Below are positions 40,411 through 50,394 of a stretch of DNA of 64,000 nt, in pieces. The translations under genes were made by a program, and so were the position numbers. The notes under the pieces are model-generated. The model saw only the letters and a program-made list of their open reading frames with translations. It had not been told where the DNA came from and ran no database searches. Source of the DNA: Deferribacterales bacterium (GTDB lineage Bacteria > Chrysiogenota > Deferribacteres > Deferribacterales > Geovibrionaceae); contig JBFWMA010000003.1 of assembly GCA_050251875.1 (NCBI GenBank), forward strand, positions 128,001 through 192,000. Direction: 5' to 3'. The stretch's first letter is position 1, and every line of letters starts with the position of its first letter.

Positions 40411-41172
40411 ATGGGAAAAATTATAGCAATAGCAAACCAAAAAGGCGGGGTCGGAAAGACCACAACCGCCATCAATCTGGGCTCCGCGCTGGCTTTTGCC
40501 GAGGCGAAGGTACTTGTAGTGGATATGGATCCTCAGGGAAACGCCACCAGCGGTCTCGGTGTGTCTCTGGATGAAGGAGACTCATCTATCTATGACGTGC
40601 TGATAGGCAGAGCGGAGGCTGAAAATGCCATACGCCCCACGAATGTGGAGAATCTGTATATTCTGCCAGGAGATATAAACCTGTCCGCCGCCGAGGTGGA
40701 GCTGGTTACCGAGATATCCAGAGAGACCAAACTGAAAAAAGCGCTGAGCAAAGTGAAGGATGACTATAAGGTGGTGATAATAGACTGCCCTCCCTCGCTG
40801 GGTCTGCTCACCGTCAATTCGCTGACGGCAGCCGATTCGGTTCTGATACCCATGCAGTGCGAATATTACGCTATGGAGGGTCTGGGTCAGCTGCTCAATA
40901 CCGTGCGTCTGATCCGTGAGAGTCTGAACGAAGACCTCAGCCTGGAGGGAATCCTCCTCACCATGCACGACCCCAGAAACAATCTTTCCAAAGAGGTGCA
41001 GAGACAGGTCGAAGAATATTTCAGCGAAAGCCTGTTCAACACCATAATCCCCAGAAACGTCCGTCTGAGCGAGGCGCCCAGCTTCGGTCAGTCAATTATA
41101 GAATATGATGTAAAATCAAAAGGCGCAGTCAGCTACATAGACCTTGCCAAAGAAATGCTGGAGAGGATCTGA
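40411..41172 (+). CDS. parA: Chromosome partitioning ATPase ParA (Soj)
   Basis: NQKGGVGKTTT, DPQGNAT, DCPPSLG, IPRNVRLSEAPSFG. Confidence 0.96.
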   Translation: MGKIIAIANQKGGVGKTTTAINLGSALAFAEAKVLVVDMDPQGNATSGLGVSLDEGDSSIYDVLIGRAEAENAIRPTNVENLYILPGDINLSAAEVELVTEISRETKLKKALSKVKDDYKVVIIDCPPSLGLLTVNSLTAADSVLIPMQCEYYAMEGLGQLLNTVRLIRESLNEDLSLEGILLTMHDPRNNLSKEVQRQVEEYFSESLFNTIIPRNVRLSEAPSFGQSIIEYDVKSKGAVSYIDLAKEMLERI

Positions 41173-42011
41173 TGAAGAAAAACTCACTGGGAAAAGGGCT
41201 CGAGTCCCTGATTCCGCCCAGAGCGGACAGATCGGGAAAGATGGTGAGCGAGATCGATATCGCCGAGATAATGCCAAACCCCGATCAGCCCAGAAAGGTT
41301 TTTGACGAAGAGGCTCTGGCGGAGCTGACCGAATCCGTCAGAAGAAACGGCATCATCCAGCCCATCGTTCTGGCGAAGGGTGAGGACGCCTATATCATCA
41401 TAGCCGGTGAAAGACGCTGGAGAGCCGCAGGGCTTGCCGGGCTGAAAAAAGTTCCGGCTGTTGTTAGAGAGATAACCCGTGATTCCGAACAGATGGAGCT
41501 GGCGCTCATAGAAAATATCCAGAGAGAAGATCTGGGCGCGCTGGAGCTGGCGAGAGCATATAAAAACCTGATGGACACACACGGATACCGTCAGGAGGAT
41601 GTGGCGGACGTGGTGGGCAAAAGCAGATCCGCCGTGGCTAACACAATCCGTCTTCTGGGGCTGCCCCAGAGGGTTCTGGAGGCTCTGGAGCAGAAGCTCA
41701 TCTCCGAGGGACACGCCAGATGTCTGGTGGGGCTTCCGGATCACAAGATAATAGAGATACTCGCTAAAATCATAGAAAACGGTCTTTCCGTGCGTGAGAC
41801 TGAAAAACTGGCGTCTAAAAAAGAAAAGCCGGAAAAAGAGAAGAAAAAAGAGGATGAAAACATCTTTCTGATGAGCCTGAAAGGCGAGATGGAAGAGTTC
41901 TTCAAAACAAAGATAGAAATCAAACGCCGCAAAGACGGCGGCACGATAGAAATAAAATACAGCAGTGACGATGAACTCGACAGGATCATCAGAACTATCA
42001 GAGGAGAGTGA
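41172..42011 (+). CDS. parB: Chromosome partitioning protein ParB (Spo0J)
   Basis: LGKGLESLI, NPDQPRK, AGERRWRA, ENIQREDL, KSRSAVANTIRLL. Confidence 0.96.
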   Translation: MKKNSLGKGLESLIPPRADRSGKMVSEIDIAEIMPNPDQPRKVFDEEALAELTESVRRNGIIQPIVLAKGEDAYIIIAGERRWRAAGLAGLKKVPAVVREITRDSEQMELALIENIQREDLGALELARAYKNLMDTHGYRQEDVADVVGKSRSAVANTIRLLGLPQRVLEALEQKLISEGHARCLVGLPDHKIIEILAKIIENGLSVRETEKLASKKEKPEKEKKKEDENIFLMSLKGEMEEFFKTKIEIKRRKDGGTIEIKYSSDDELDRIIRTIRGE

Positions 42012-42382
42012 CAGTGATAAAAGGTAAAGACACCGGCGGAATAGATGCTTTTCTCGGAAAAAATACCACTTTTCAGGGGACTCTGATCTTTGACGGTCTG
42101 GTCAGGATCGACGGCAATTTTGAAGGAAATATCAAAACTGAAGATACACTGGTCATAGCCGGCTCCGGCAATGTGAAAGCTGAGATTGACGCAGGCGATG
42201 TAAAAATCTCCGGCAGGTTTGACGGAACCATCGTGGCAAAATCTAAAGTTGAACTCTATAAGCCCGCGTTTGTCACTGGTACAGTAATAACTCCCGTGCT
42301 GAAGATAGAGGAGGGAGTTGTCTTCAATGGCAACTGCCGCATGGCAGAGGATACCGCCAGCTATAAGCCCGAAGAGGAGTAA
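42008..42382 (+). CDS. Bactofilin (polymer-forming cytoskeletal protein, CcmA family)
   Basis: Beta-helix pattern FLGKNTTFQGTL..VRIDGNFEGNI..GNVKAEI..GTI..LKIEEGVVFNGNCRM; GTGA overlap with parB. Confidence 0.9.
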   Translation: MTVIKGKDTGGIDAFLGKNTTFQGTLIFDGLVRIDGNFEGNIKTEDTLVIAGSGNVKAEIDAGDVKISGRFDGTIVAKSKVELYKPAFVTGTVITPVLKIEEGVVFNGNCRMAEDTASYKPEEE

Positions 42383-42388
42383 CAGATA

Positions 42389-43150
42389 ATGAGAAAACCC
42401 CTGATTTTCGGAAACTGGAAAATGAATCTCGATATGAAGCACTCAGACGACCTCGTCCGTTCGCTTCTCTCTGTTAAGATAGACTACAGGTCTGTGGATG
42501 TGGGAGTCGCTCCCGATTTCTGCAGTCTGGCTATGGTGAGAAAAACAATAAAAGATATGAATATTCCTATCTCCGTGGCGGCGCAGAATATGTCCGACCA
42601 GGAGAAAGGAGCGTTTACAGGCGAAGTAAGCGCTGATATGATCCTCTCCACCGGAGCGGATACCGTTATCATCGGACATTCCGAAAGACGAGCCATTTAC
42701 GGCGAGTCTGACGTGCTTATCAACAGCAAGGTAAGACTGGCTCTCAGATTAGGTCTCAGCGTGATACTCTGTGTCGGCGAGGTTCTGGAAGAGAGAGAGG
42801 CGGGAACCGCTGTTGAAAAAGTGCTGTATCAGATCGGCATGGGACTCAGAAACGTGGACATGGACAGGATACAGGATGTGGTAATCGCCTATGAGCCCGT
42901 GTGGGCAATAGGTACAGGCAAAACAGCCACTCCAGTGGACGCTGAAGAGATGCACGCCGCAATCAGAAAACAGCTTTCCAAACTTTATGGTCCTGTGGTA
43001 GCCAACAAAACAAGAATTCTGTACGGCGGAAGCGTGAAACCCGACAACATCGGCGCGCTGATGCTGAGAGAGAATATAGACGGAGCGCTGGTGGGCGGAG
43101 CAAGCCTTAACATCGGCGACTTCATAAAGATAATTAACTTTAACAACTAA
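42389..43150 (+). CDS. tpiA: Triosephosphate isomerase
   Basis: GNWKMN, GHSERR, AYEPVWAIGTG, YGGSVK, LVGGAS. Confidence 0.98.
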   Translation: MRKPLIFGNWKMNLDMKHSDDLVRSLLSVKIDYRSVDVGVAPDFCSLAMVRKTIKDMNIPISVAAQNMSDQEKGAFTGEVSADMILSTGADTVIIGHSERRAIYGESDVLINSKVRLALRLGLSVILCVGEVLEEREAGTAVEKVLYQIGMGLRNVDMDRIQDVVIAYEPVWAIGTGKTATPVDAEEMHAAIRKQLSKLYGPVVANKTRILYGGSVKPDNIGALMLRENIDGALVGGASLNIGDFIKIINFNN

Positions 43151-43164
43151 CCTCGGAGAAATTA

Positions 43165-43485
43165 ATGTATACTGTAGTTCTTGCTATCCATCTTTTCGTA
43201 TGTTTTTTACTGATCATTGCCGTTCTGATGCAGTCAGGCAAGGGATCATCACTGGGCTCTGCCTTCGGCGGCGGCGCTGGCGATGTTTTCGGTCCCGGAG
43301 CTCCTGTCAACATCATGAACAGAGTCACAACGGTCATCGCTATACTTTTCATGGTAACATCGCTGACACTGGCTATCCTCTCCACACAGAAGACAACCAA
43401 CAGCGTTATCGACACTTTTCAGACACCCGCTGAACAGTCAGCGCCCGCTGAGAAAGCTCCCGTTGCTCCCATGGAGTCCAAGTGA
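43165..43485 (+). CDS. secG: Preprotein translocase subunit SecG
   Basis: Two TM segments flanking LMQSGKGSSLGSAFGGG; follows tpiA. Confidence 0.95.
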   Translation: MYTVVLAIHLFVCFLLIIAVLMQSGKGSSLGSAFGGGAGDVFGPGAPVNIMNRVTTVIAILFMVTSLTLAILSTQKTTNSVIDTFQTPAEQSAPAEKAPVAPMESK

Positions 43486-45122
43486 TAAGAAAACTCTTGG
43501 TTTGCCTGCTGGTTCTCACCCTGTTCGCCTGCGGACAGAAAGATTCAGAGAAGAGCGGCAAAGAGGAATCATTTAAAAAGAGAGACATAAAAGGCGCCGT
43601 CACAGGCGATGCCTTTGTGGAATCCAGTCTGGGTGACGCCACCGGGCTGATAACGAACATCACATCAGATTCCGCCTCGCACAGCGTAGCGGCGAAGATA
43701 TATAACGGTCTGGTGGAATATGACAAAGACCTTAATATTGTCGGCGATCTGGCGAAAAGCTGGGATATCACTGACGGCGGAAAAGTCATCGTCTTCCATC
43801 TGAGAAAAGACGTTAGATGGCATGACGGAAAGCCCTTCACTGCCAAAGATGTTGAGTTCACCTATAAGTTTATGATAGACCCTAAAACTCCCACATCATA
43901 CGATGCTGATTTTCGTCTGGTTAAGAGTTTTGAGGTGCTGGACGACTACACTGTAAAAGTGACATACGCAGAGCCGTATGCCCCCGCTCTGATCAGCTGG
44001 GGAATGTCCGTTCTTCCCAGACATCTGCTGGAAGGACAGGACGTGGCGAAATCACCTCTGCTCAGAAAACCTGTCGGTACAGGACCTTATAAGTTTCTGG
44101 AGTGGAAAGCCGGAGAATCGATAACCCTTGTGGCTAACAACGACTATTTCAAAGGCAGACCCTATCTGGACAGATACATATTCCGTATCATTCCCGACAC
44201 AGCCACCACCTTTCTGGAGCTTCTGAACGGCGCCATAGACACCACGGGGCTCACTCCCCTGCAATGGACGAAGCAGACAGACAGCAACCCCAGATTCACC
44301 AGCCAGTATGACAAATATCAGTATCTGTCATTCGGCTACACATATATCGGATATAATCTGGCGAAACCCATGTTCGCCGACAAACGTGTGCGTCAGGCGC
44401 TCACCTATGCCACTCCGAAAGAGGATATCATAAAAGGTATCATGTTCGGGCTGGCGGATGTCGCTTCCGGTCCTTTCAAACCGGGCACCATCTGGTATAA
44501 CCCTAACGTAAAACAATACGAATATAACATCGATAAAGCGAAAGCTCTGCTGGAAGAAGCCGGATATAAGCCGGGCAAAGACGGTATAATGGCGAAAGAC
44601 GGCAAAAAGCTGGAATTCGAGCTGATGACAAATCAGGGCAACACCGTCCGCCAGAGCATATGCGAAGTTATGCAGAAGAGCTGGGAAAAGATCGGCGTGA
44701 AGGTTACCATCCGTGTTCTGGAATGGGCTACCTTCATCAACGAATATATCAACAAACAGAAGTTTGACGCTGTTGTAATGGGCTGGAACATCACCAACGA
44801 TCCCGATCTGTATGATGTGTGGCATTCATCCAACTGCGGCGGACAGAAGCTGAACTTCATCTGCTATAAAAACGCTGAGCTGGACAAGTTGATTATCGAA
44901 GGCAGAAAAGAGTTCGACCCGGAAAAAAGAAAAGTTTTTTATCATAAAGCACAGGAAATTATGGCGGAGGATCAGCCCTATACTTTTCTGTACGTTCCAC
45001 AGGCTCTTGTATCCATCAGCAAGAGATTTCAGGAGGTTGCTCCGGCTCCGGCGGGAATATCTTACAATCAGGATGACTGGTGGGTTAAGAAAGAGGATCA
45101 GAAGTATAACTATCAGCAGTAA
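43482..45122 (+). CDS. Peptide ABC transporter substrate-binding lipoprotein (family 5, AppA-like)
   Basis: Lipobox LFAC, VRWHDGKPFTAKDVEFT, PVGTGPYK. Confidence 0.92.
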   Translation: MIRKLLVCLLVLTLFACGQKDSEKSGKEESFKKRDIKGAVTGDAFVESSLGDATGLITNITSDSASHSVAAKIYNGLVEYDKDLNIVGDLAKSWDITDGGKVIVFHLRKDVRWHDGKPFTAKDVEFTYKFMIDPKTPTSYDADFRLVKSFEVLDDYTVKVTYAEPYAPALISWGMSVLPRHLLEGQDVAKSPLLRKPVGTGPYKFLEWKAGESITLVANNDYFKGRPYLDRYIFRIIPDTATTFLELLNGAIDTTGLTPLQWTKQTDSNPRFTSQYDKYQYLSFGYTYIGYNLAKPMFADKRVRQALTYATPKEDIIKGIMFGLADVASGPFKPGTIWYNPNVKQYEYNIDKAKALLEEAGYKPGKDGIMAKDGKKLEFELMTNQGNTVRQSICEVMQKSWEKIGVKVTIRVLEWATFINEYINKQKFDAVVMGWNITNDPDLYDVWHSSNCGGQKLNFICYKNAELDKLIIEGRKEFDPEKRKVFYHKAQEIMAEDQPYTFLYVPQALVSISKRFQEVAPAPAGISYNQDDWWVKKEDQKYNYQQ

Positions 45123-45134
45123 AAAGGACAGGTT

Positions 45135-46115
45135 ATGATGCGGTATCTTGCCGGAAGGCTGGCGGGGATGATCCCTCTGCTTTTCGGTATCACACTTATC
45201 TGTTTTTTTGTGATACATCTGGCGCCCGGCGATCCGGCGCAGTTTCTGGCGTCTATGAATCCGAAATTTTCTGAGACAGCCCATGATAAATTCGTGAAGA
45301 TGTACGGGCTGGACAAACCGATATACGAACAGTACTGGATATGGCTCAAAAGAGTCGCGGTGCTGGATTTCGGCGATTCTTTCACTCCCGATGGAAAATC
45401 AGTGCTGACGAAGATAGCGGAGAGACTCCCCGTCACCATCTGGCTGAACGTTGCCGGAATGGCGCTCATCTTTCTGATAGCACTGCCTCTGGGTGTCTTA
45501 TCGGCATATAAAAAGAACAGTATTTTTGATAAATCAGTCACGGTTTTCGTGTTCATAGGGTTCGCTGTGCCTACTTTCTGGCTGGCGCTTCTGTGCATGT
45601 ATTATTTCGGCGTTATCAAAGGCTGGCTGCCCATATCCGGGCTTACGTCATATAATTTCGACAGCATGTCCTTCGGCGGCAAGGTGTGGGATATAGTCTG
45701 GCACGGTTTTCTGCCTGTTTTTCTGTCGGTTTTCGGCGGTCTGGCGGGACTTAGCCGATATGCCAGAAACTCCATGCTGGAAGTGCTGGGCGAGGAATAT
45801 ATCATCAGCGCCAGAGCCAGAGGAATACCGGAGAGAAAGGTTGTGTTCAGACACGCTCTGAAGAACGCCCTGCTCCCCGTTGTCACCATTATAGGTCTTT
45901 CTGTGCCGGGGCTCATAGGCGGCAGCGTTATTTTTGAATCGATATTCGGAATAGCCGGCATGGGACAGCTCTTCTATCAGTCTGTCATGTCCAGAGACTA
46001 TCCCGTTGTCATGGGAATACTTGTGATAGGCGCTGTGCTCACGCTGATAGGCAACCTGATATCAGACATCAGCTATGCGCTGGTGGACCCGAGGATAAGA
46101 TATGGCAGGAAGTAG
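45135..46115 (+). CDS. Peptide ABC transporter permease (OppB/DppB-like)
   Basis: [37 protein letters not shown]. Confidence 0.92.
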   Translation: MMRYLAGRLAGMIPLLFGITLICFFVIHLAPGDPAQFLASMNPKFSETAHDKFVKMYGLDKPIYEQYWIWLKRVAVLDFGDSFTPDGKSVLTKIAERLPVTIWLNVAGMALIFLIALPLGVLSAYKKNSIFDKSVTVFVFIGFAVPTFWLALLCMYYFGVIKGWLPISGLTSYNFDSMSFGGKVWDIVWHGFLPVFLSVFGGLAGLSRYARNSMLEVLGEEYIISARARGIPERKVVFRHALKNALLPVVTIIGLSVPGLIGGSVIFESIFGIAGMGQLFYQSVMSRDYPVVMGILVIGAVLTLIGNLISDISYALVDPRIRYGRK

Positions 46116-46932
46116 ACTGCTTAGAAAAGCCAAAGGGAGCTATCTGCTCTACAGCGGGCTGTTTATTGTTGTGTTTTTTATCGTGCTGGCGGTTTTCGCT
46201 CCGCTGATAGCGACCCACGACCCGACAGCAATCAACTTTGACGAAGTTTTTCTCCCACCCTCTTCCGCCCATTTTTTCGGTACGGATGAGCTGGGCAGGG
46301 ATGTTTTCAGCAGATGCGTATACGGCAGCCGCATATCGCTTTTTGTCGGTTTTGTGGCTGTGGTAATATCGCTGGCTATAGGCGTCCTGCTGGGTCTGCT
46401 CGCCGGATATATCGGCGGAATCACGGATATTATCATCATGAGGATCGTGGACATAATGCTCTGCTTTCCTTCATTTTTTCTTATACTGGCGGTCATCGCT
46501 TTTCTGAGCCCGTCTGTCTTCAATGTAATGGCGATCATCGGTCTGACAGGGTGGATGGGGGTCACAAGGCTCATCCGGGCTGAGGTGCTCAGTGTCCGCA
46601 CCAGAGACTACATCACCGCTGCCCGTGTGCAGGGCGTGTCCGGGGTGAAGATAATGCTGAAGCATATACTGCCGAACGTTATGACACCTGTTTTTGTCAC
46701 CGCCACACTGGGAATAGCCGGAGCGATACTCACGGAATCGTCACTCAGCTTTCTGGGGCTGGGTGTTCAGCCGCCCACACCATCATGGGGAAATATTCTG
46801 ACAGCGGGCAAGGACAATATCATGTTCGCATGGTGGCTGTCCATGTTTCCGGGGCTGGCGATATTTGTTACTGTTATGGGGTATAATCTTCTGGGCGAAG
46901 GGCTCAGAGACGTTCTGGATCCTAAAAACTAA
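46102..46932 (+). CDS. Peptide ABC transporter permease (OppC/DppC-like)
   Basis: [31 protein letters not shown]. Confidence 0.92.
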   Translation: MAGSRLLRKAKGSYLLYSGLFIVVFFIVLAVFAPLIATHDPTAINFDEVFLPPSSAHFFGTDELGRDVFSRCVYGSRISLFVGFVAVVISLAIGVLLGLLAGYIGGITDIIIMRIVDIMLCFPSFFLILAVIAFLSPSVFNVMAIIGLTGWMGVTRLIRAEVLSVRTRDYITAARVQGVSGVKIMLKHILPNVMTPVFVTATLGIAGAILTESSLSFLGLGVQPPTPSWGNILTAGKDNIMFAWWLSMFPGLAIFVTVMGYNLLGEGLRDVLDPKN

Positions 46933-48122
46933 AGATTGAAAGGCGGTTCTATCGCCATCAGTGATTCCACATCAGCTTTTATCATGGTGCATCTGCCCAC
47001 CGCTTCCTCCAGAGAAAGGTCGAACCCGTCTCTGATATCCGCCAGAGTGTTGGCGAGAAAGAGAGCCTCCACACACGGCTTGGTGTTTTCAGATGCTAGC
47101 TCCGGAGTGTGGTGAAACAGAGCCGATTCTATGGCGTATTGGTTAAAATTCCATATTTTGAGGAAATATCCGCCGATCTCCGTATGCGCCACGGAGGCGT
47201 TGCCGGATTCCAGCTCGCTGGTGTAGTAATCGGTGTTGACGTTCTCTTCTCTGAACTCCTCGATGCTTTTGTGCTCCTGCGGAAAGAAAACCATCTGAAT
47301 TATCTTGCCGATATCGTGGATGATACCCACAGAGTTGTTCAGTGATGAGAGAGTGCAAACTTTATATTTGTGTACGATGGTGTGCAGATAATAGTTTGTT
47401 ACTATGGAGTGCCTTACTGTCTCTTCCAGACAGCGGTTCTGGTCGGATGTCATGTTCAGGTTGACTGAGAGGGAGTGCATCAGGACTATGTCTCTGACGG
47501 TGTTCAGTCCCATGTAGATGATCGCTTTTTCAACGGAAGTTCCGGTGAAGCTGCCATAGAAGGCGGAGTTAGCCACCTGAAGAATTTTTGATGTCAGTGT
47601 GACGTCACTGGATATGATTTTAGCTATCTGCCCGATTGAATAGTCCATATTGATGGCGTTCATCAGGTTTTCATAGGTTGTCATCACTATGGGAAAGCTG
47701 TTGGTGCCCGTTTTGATATTCTGAATACGCTTGTTGTCCATGCTGGTGTGTACACGGGAGAGATCCACCAGCTTAGCCTTCACCATGTCCATGCTGGAGG
47801 AGGAATCCAGATAAGCGCATGCGATACCCTTCACCACCGCCTTGATAATAACGTCCTCGTTCGCCTTGTCTCCCACTATCAGTCTGGTGGAAAATGTGTC
47901 GATGGTCGCCGCCTGCTGAAGGAACTGAACGCCTGTGTATTTTTCCAGATCGTATTCTGATATGACTATGTCAAACTTCTGTTCCAGAAGCGTGTCGATG
48001 GCATGGTTGTAAGATTGACAGATTGTGACGGAGAAAGGAAGCCCGGCAAGTATCTCTTTGACTGAAATACAGGCTCTGTTGTGGTTGCAAAGGACTAAGA
48101 TAGAAATATCAGGCTGGGGCAT
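46929..48122 (-). CDS. Receiver-like plus HDOD domain protein
   Basis: N-terminal REC-like fold; DVTLTSKILQVANSAFYG, HDIGK, HTEIGGYFLKIW. Confidence 0.85.
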   Translation of the reverse strand: MPQPDISILVLCNHNRACISVKEILAGLPFSVTICQSYNHAIDTLLEQKFDIVISEYDLEKYTGVQFLQQAATIDTFSTRLIVGDKANEDVIIKAVVKGIACAYLDSSSSMDMVKAKLVDLSRVHTSMDNKRIQNIKTGTNSFPIVMTTYENLMNAINMDYSIGQIAKIISSDVTLTSKILQVANSAFYGSFTGTSVEKAIIYMGLNTVRDIVLMHSLSVNLNMTSDQNRCLEETVRHSIVTNYYLHTIVHKYKVCTLSSLNNSVGIIHDIGKIIQMVFFPQEHKSIEEFREENVNTDYYTSELESGNASVAHTEIGGYFLKIWNFNQYAIESALFHHTPELASENTKPCVEALFLANTLADIRDGFDLSLEEAVGRCTMIKADVESLMAIEPPFNL

Positions 48123-48174
48123 TTCGTTCCTCGTAACGTTTCATTAATATTTAAATAGCGTAAATATAGAAAGA

Positions 48175-50394
48175 CTAAAAGAGAAAATTGATGAAATTGG
48201 GAAAATTTCCAAAAAAAGTCTGCCCTAAGGATATACATGAGTCGTTAGATGATAATTTTTTGTGAAAATGCAGGTTTATTATGGACATATCAGAGATATA
48301 ATTCAGCTTTCTGACGAGTTTCAGGTTCTGGAAAACACCGCCGGAGAGAACCACATCCGTGATATTGTGCTCTTCGCAAATCCGGCTCGCTCTGTCGAAC
48401 ATCCAGATGGCGAAACTGTTGTGAAAAGCCTCAGCTGTCTCCTCTTTCGGGATGTTTGTGCGGATGTCTCTAAGCACACGGCTCAGCAGTTCACAGGGCG
48501 GAATACATCCGTAGTCACGTCCGGAGCCGGAGCACATGCCCTCCAGCTTCATGGCGGAGTGAGCCTCGAAAAGATTGGTGCCGATGCCGGTCACCAGCGC
48601 ACCGACACTTTCAAAAAATCTGCCGCAGCTCGATGTCTGTATGCAGTTAATGTTTTTATCTATCATGGACATTATCATTGTGATGTCCTTCTCTTTTATA
48701 TCCAGCCGTGAAGTCACTATGTCCATGCTGTCTTCCAGCAGACCGAACTGAAAAAGGTAAGAGATCAGCATCCTTGCGGGGTGCTTCGCCGCTCCGTCCA
48801 TCCCTGGCTGAGCCACGGTGGGCAGATGCGCCTCACGGGTCATGTTTCCGTTTTTCAGCAGTAAAAATTCTCCGCCCCAGATGCTTCTGTCCGGCGCCAG
48901 CCCCGTTCCGTCCATGATAACGCCCAGAACGTTGTCGGTGAGACCGTTCTCCGCCATACAGGCGAACATGTGGGCGGCGTGGTGCTGAAGAGGCACAGCT
49001 TTAATGCCGGAATCCTTAGCGTAGAGTGTGCTGTGATAGTTCGGGTGAGCATCGTGTATGATGATCTCCGGCTCAAGCCCATAGAGCCGTTTCATTTTTT
49101 CGGCGGTTTCCTCATAAAAGAGACAGGTGTCCGGATGATCCAGATCGCCTATGAACTGGCTGACGAAGCTGTATCCGTCCTTTGACAGCGCTATGGTGTT
49201 TTTCAGGTGTGCTCCGGCTCCCATAACACATCTGTCTGAAGAGACGGGAAGGGTGACGGGAAACGGCGCAAGTCCTCTGGCACGGCGCAGAATGTATGGC
49301 GCACCGCCAGCCACGGCGGCAACACTGTCATCGCACCTGTTGTGTATCTCTCTGTTGTGGTGCAGAAAATGATTTGTGAAAACAGACAGGGCAGTTTCAG
49401 CCGATTCGGCGTCTTTGGCTATGGGCTCATCCTTCAGGTTTCCGCTGGTGGCTACAATGAAATCTGTCCGGCAGGCTCCTATCAGCAGAATATGCAGAGG
49501 GGTGTATGCCGTCATGAAACCGATGGAGGATGACATAGGGCTGATGTGTTCTGAAACGTCAGCGTCCGGACATTCGCATATGACGATGGGCGCTTCAGCG
49601 CTCATAATCAGCCTCTTTTCATCGTCAGAAATATTTAAGTTATTTATGGTGTCAGGCAGACACATAACAGCCAGTGGTTTATCAGGTCTCTTTTTTATGT
49701 CACGAAGTTTTAATATAGTTTCGCTGTTTCCTGCATCGCAGATCAGGTGATATCCGCCGAGCCCCTTCACAGCGATGATCTCCCCGCTGTCTATCAGTCC
49801 GGCGGCACGCTCTATGGCGGCGTATCCGGTGAGCCCGTCCATGGAGACATCCGGACCGCAGTCCGGACAGGCGTTCGGCTGGGCGTGAAACCGTCTGTCA
49901 GACGGGTTGTCATACTCAGCCTGGCAGGATGGGCACATCTTAAAGACGTCCATCACGGTCTTTTCTCTGTCATAGGGCATATCACGGATGATGCTGTATC
50001 TGGGACCGCAGTCGGTGCAGTTGGTGAATGGATAGCGGAAGCGCCTGTTGGCAGGATCCAGTATCTCGCCTGCGCACGCCGGGCATATTGCGGTGTCGGG
50101 CGGAACGAATGACAGCCCTCCGCTGTTCTGTGTATGTTCTATGGTGAAGCCGGAAAATTCCATATCAGATATCTGTTCATAGTCGATGGATGTGATGACA
50201 GACAGAGGCGGAGCGAGACGCAGGATATCGGCTCTGAGAGCGGTTATATCGTCTGTGTTCACATGGATTATCACGCCCTCGCCTGTGTTGGTAACAGAGC
50301 CTGTGAGCCCTCCTGACACGGCAAGGTTATAGATGAAGGGGCGGAAACCGACCCCCTGTACGATGCCTCTTACGGTTATCTTATAGGTGCTCAT
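48175..50394 (-). CDS. hypF: Hydrogenase maturation carbamoyltransferase HypF
   Basis: GIVQGVGFRPF, zinc fingers FTNCTDCGPR and HAQPNACPDCGP, KGLGGYHL, QHHAAH; ATG 50394 overlaps the trkH stop. Confidence 0.95.
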   Translation of the reverse strand: MSTYKITVRGIVQGVGFRPFIYNLAVSGGLTGSVTNTGEGVIIHVNTDDITALRADILRLAPPLSVITSIDYEQISDMEFSGFTIEHTQNSGGLSFVPPDTAICPACAGEILDPANRRFRYPFTNCTDCGPRYSIIRDMPYDREKTVMDVFKMCPSCQAEYDNPSDRRFHAQPNACPDCGPDVSMDGLTGYAAIERAAGLIDSGEIIAVKGLGGYHLICDAGNSETILKLRDIKKRPDKPLAVMCLPDTINNLNISDDEKRLIMSAEAPIVICECPDADVSEHISPMSSSIGFMTAYTPLHILLIGACRTDFIVATSGNLKDEPIAKDAESAETALSVFTNHFLHHNREIHNRCDDSVAAVAGGAPYILRRARGLAPFPVTLPVSSDRCVMGAGAHLKNTIALSKDGYSFVSQFIGDLDHPDTCLFYEETAEKMKRLYGLEPEIIIHDAHPNYHSTLYAKDSGIKAVPLQHHAAHMFACMAENGLTDNVLGVIMDGTGLAPDRSIWGGEFLLLKNGNMTREAHLPTVAQPGMDGAAKHPARMLISYLFQFGLLEDSMDIVTSRLDIKEKDITMIMSMIDKNINCIQTSSCGRFFESVGALVTGIGTNLFEAHSAMKLEGMCSGSGRDYGCIPPCELLSRVLRDIRTNIPKEETAEAFHNSFAIWMFDRASRICEEHNITDVVLSGGVFQNLKLVRKLNYISDMSIINLHFHKKLSSNDSCISLGQTFFGNFPNFINFLF

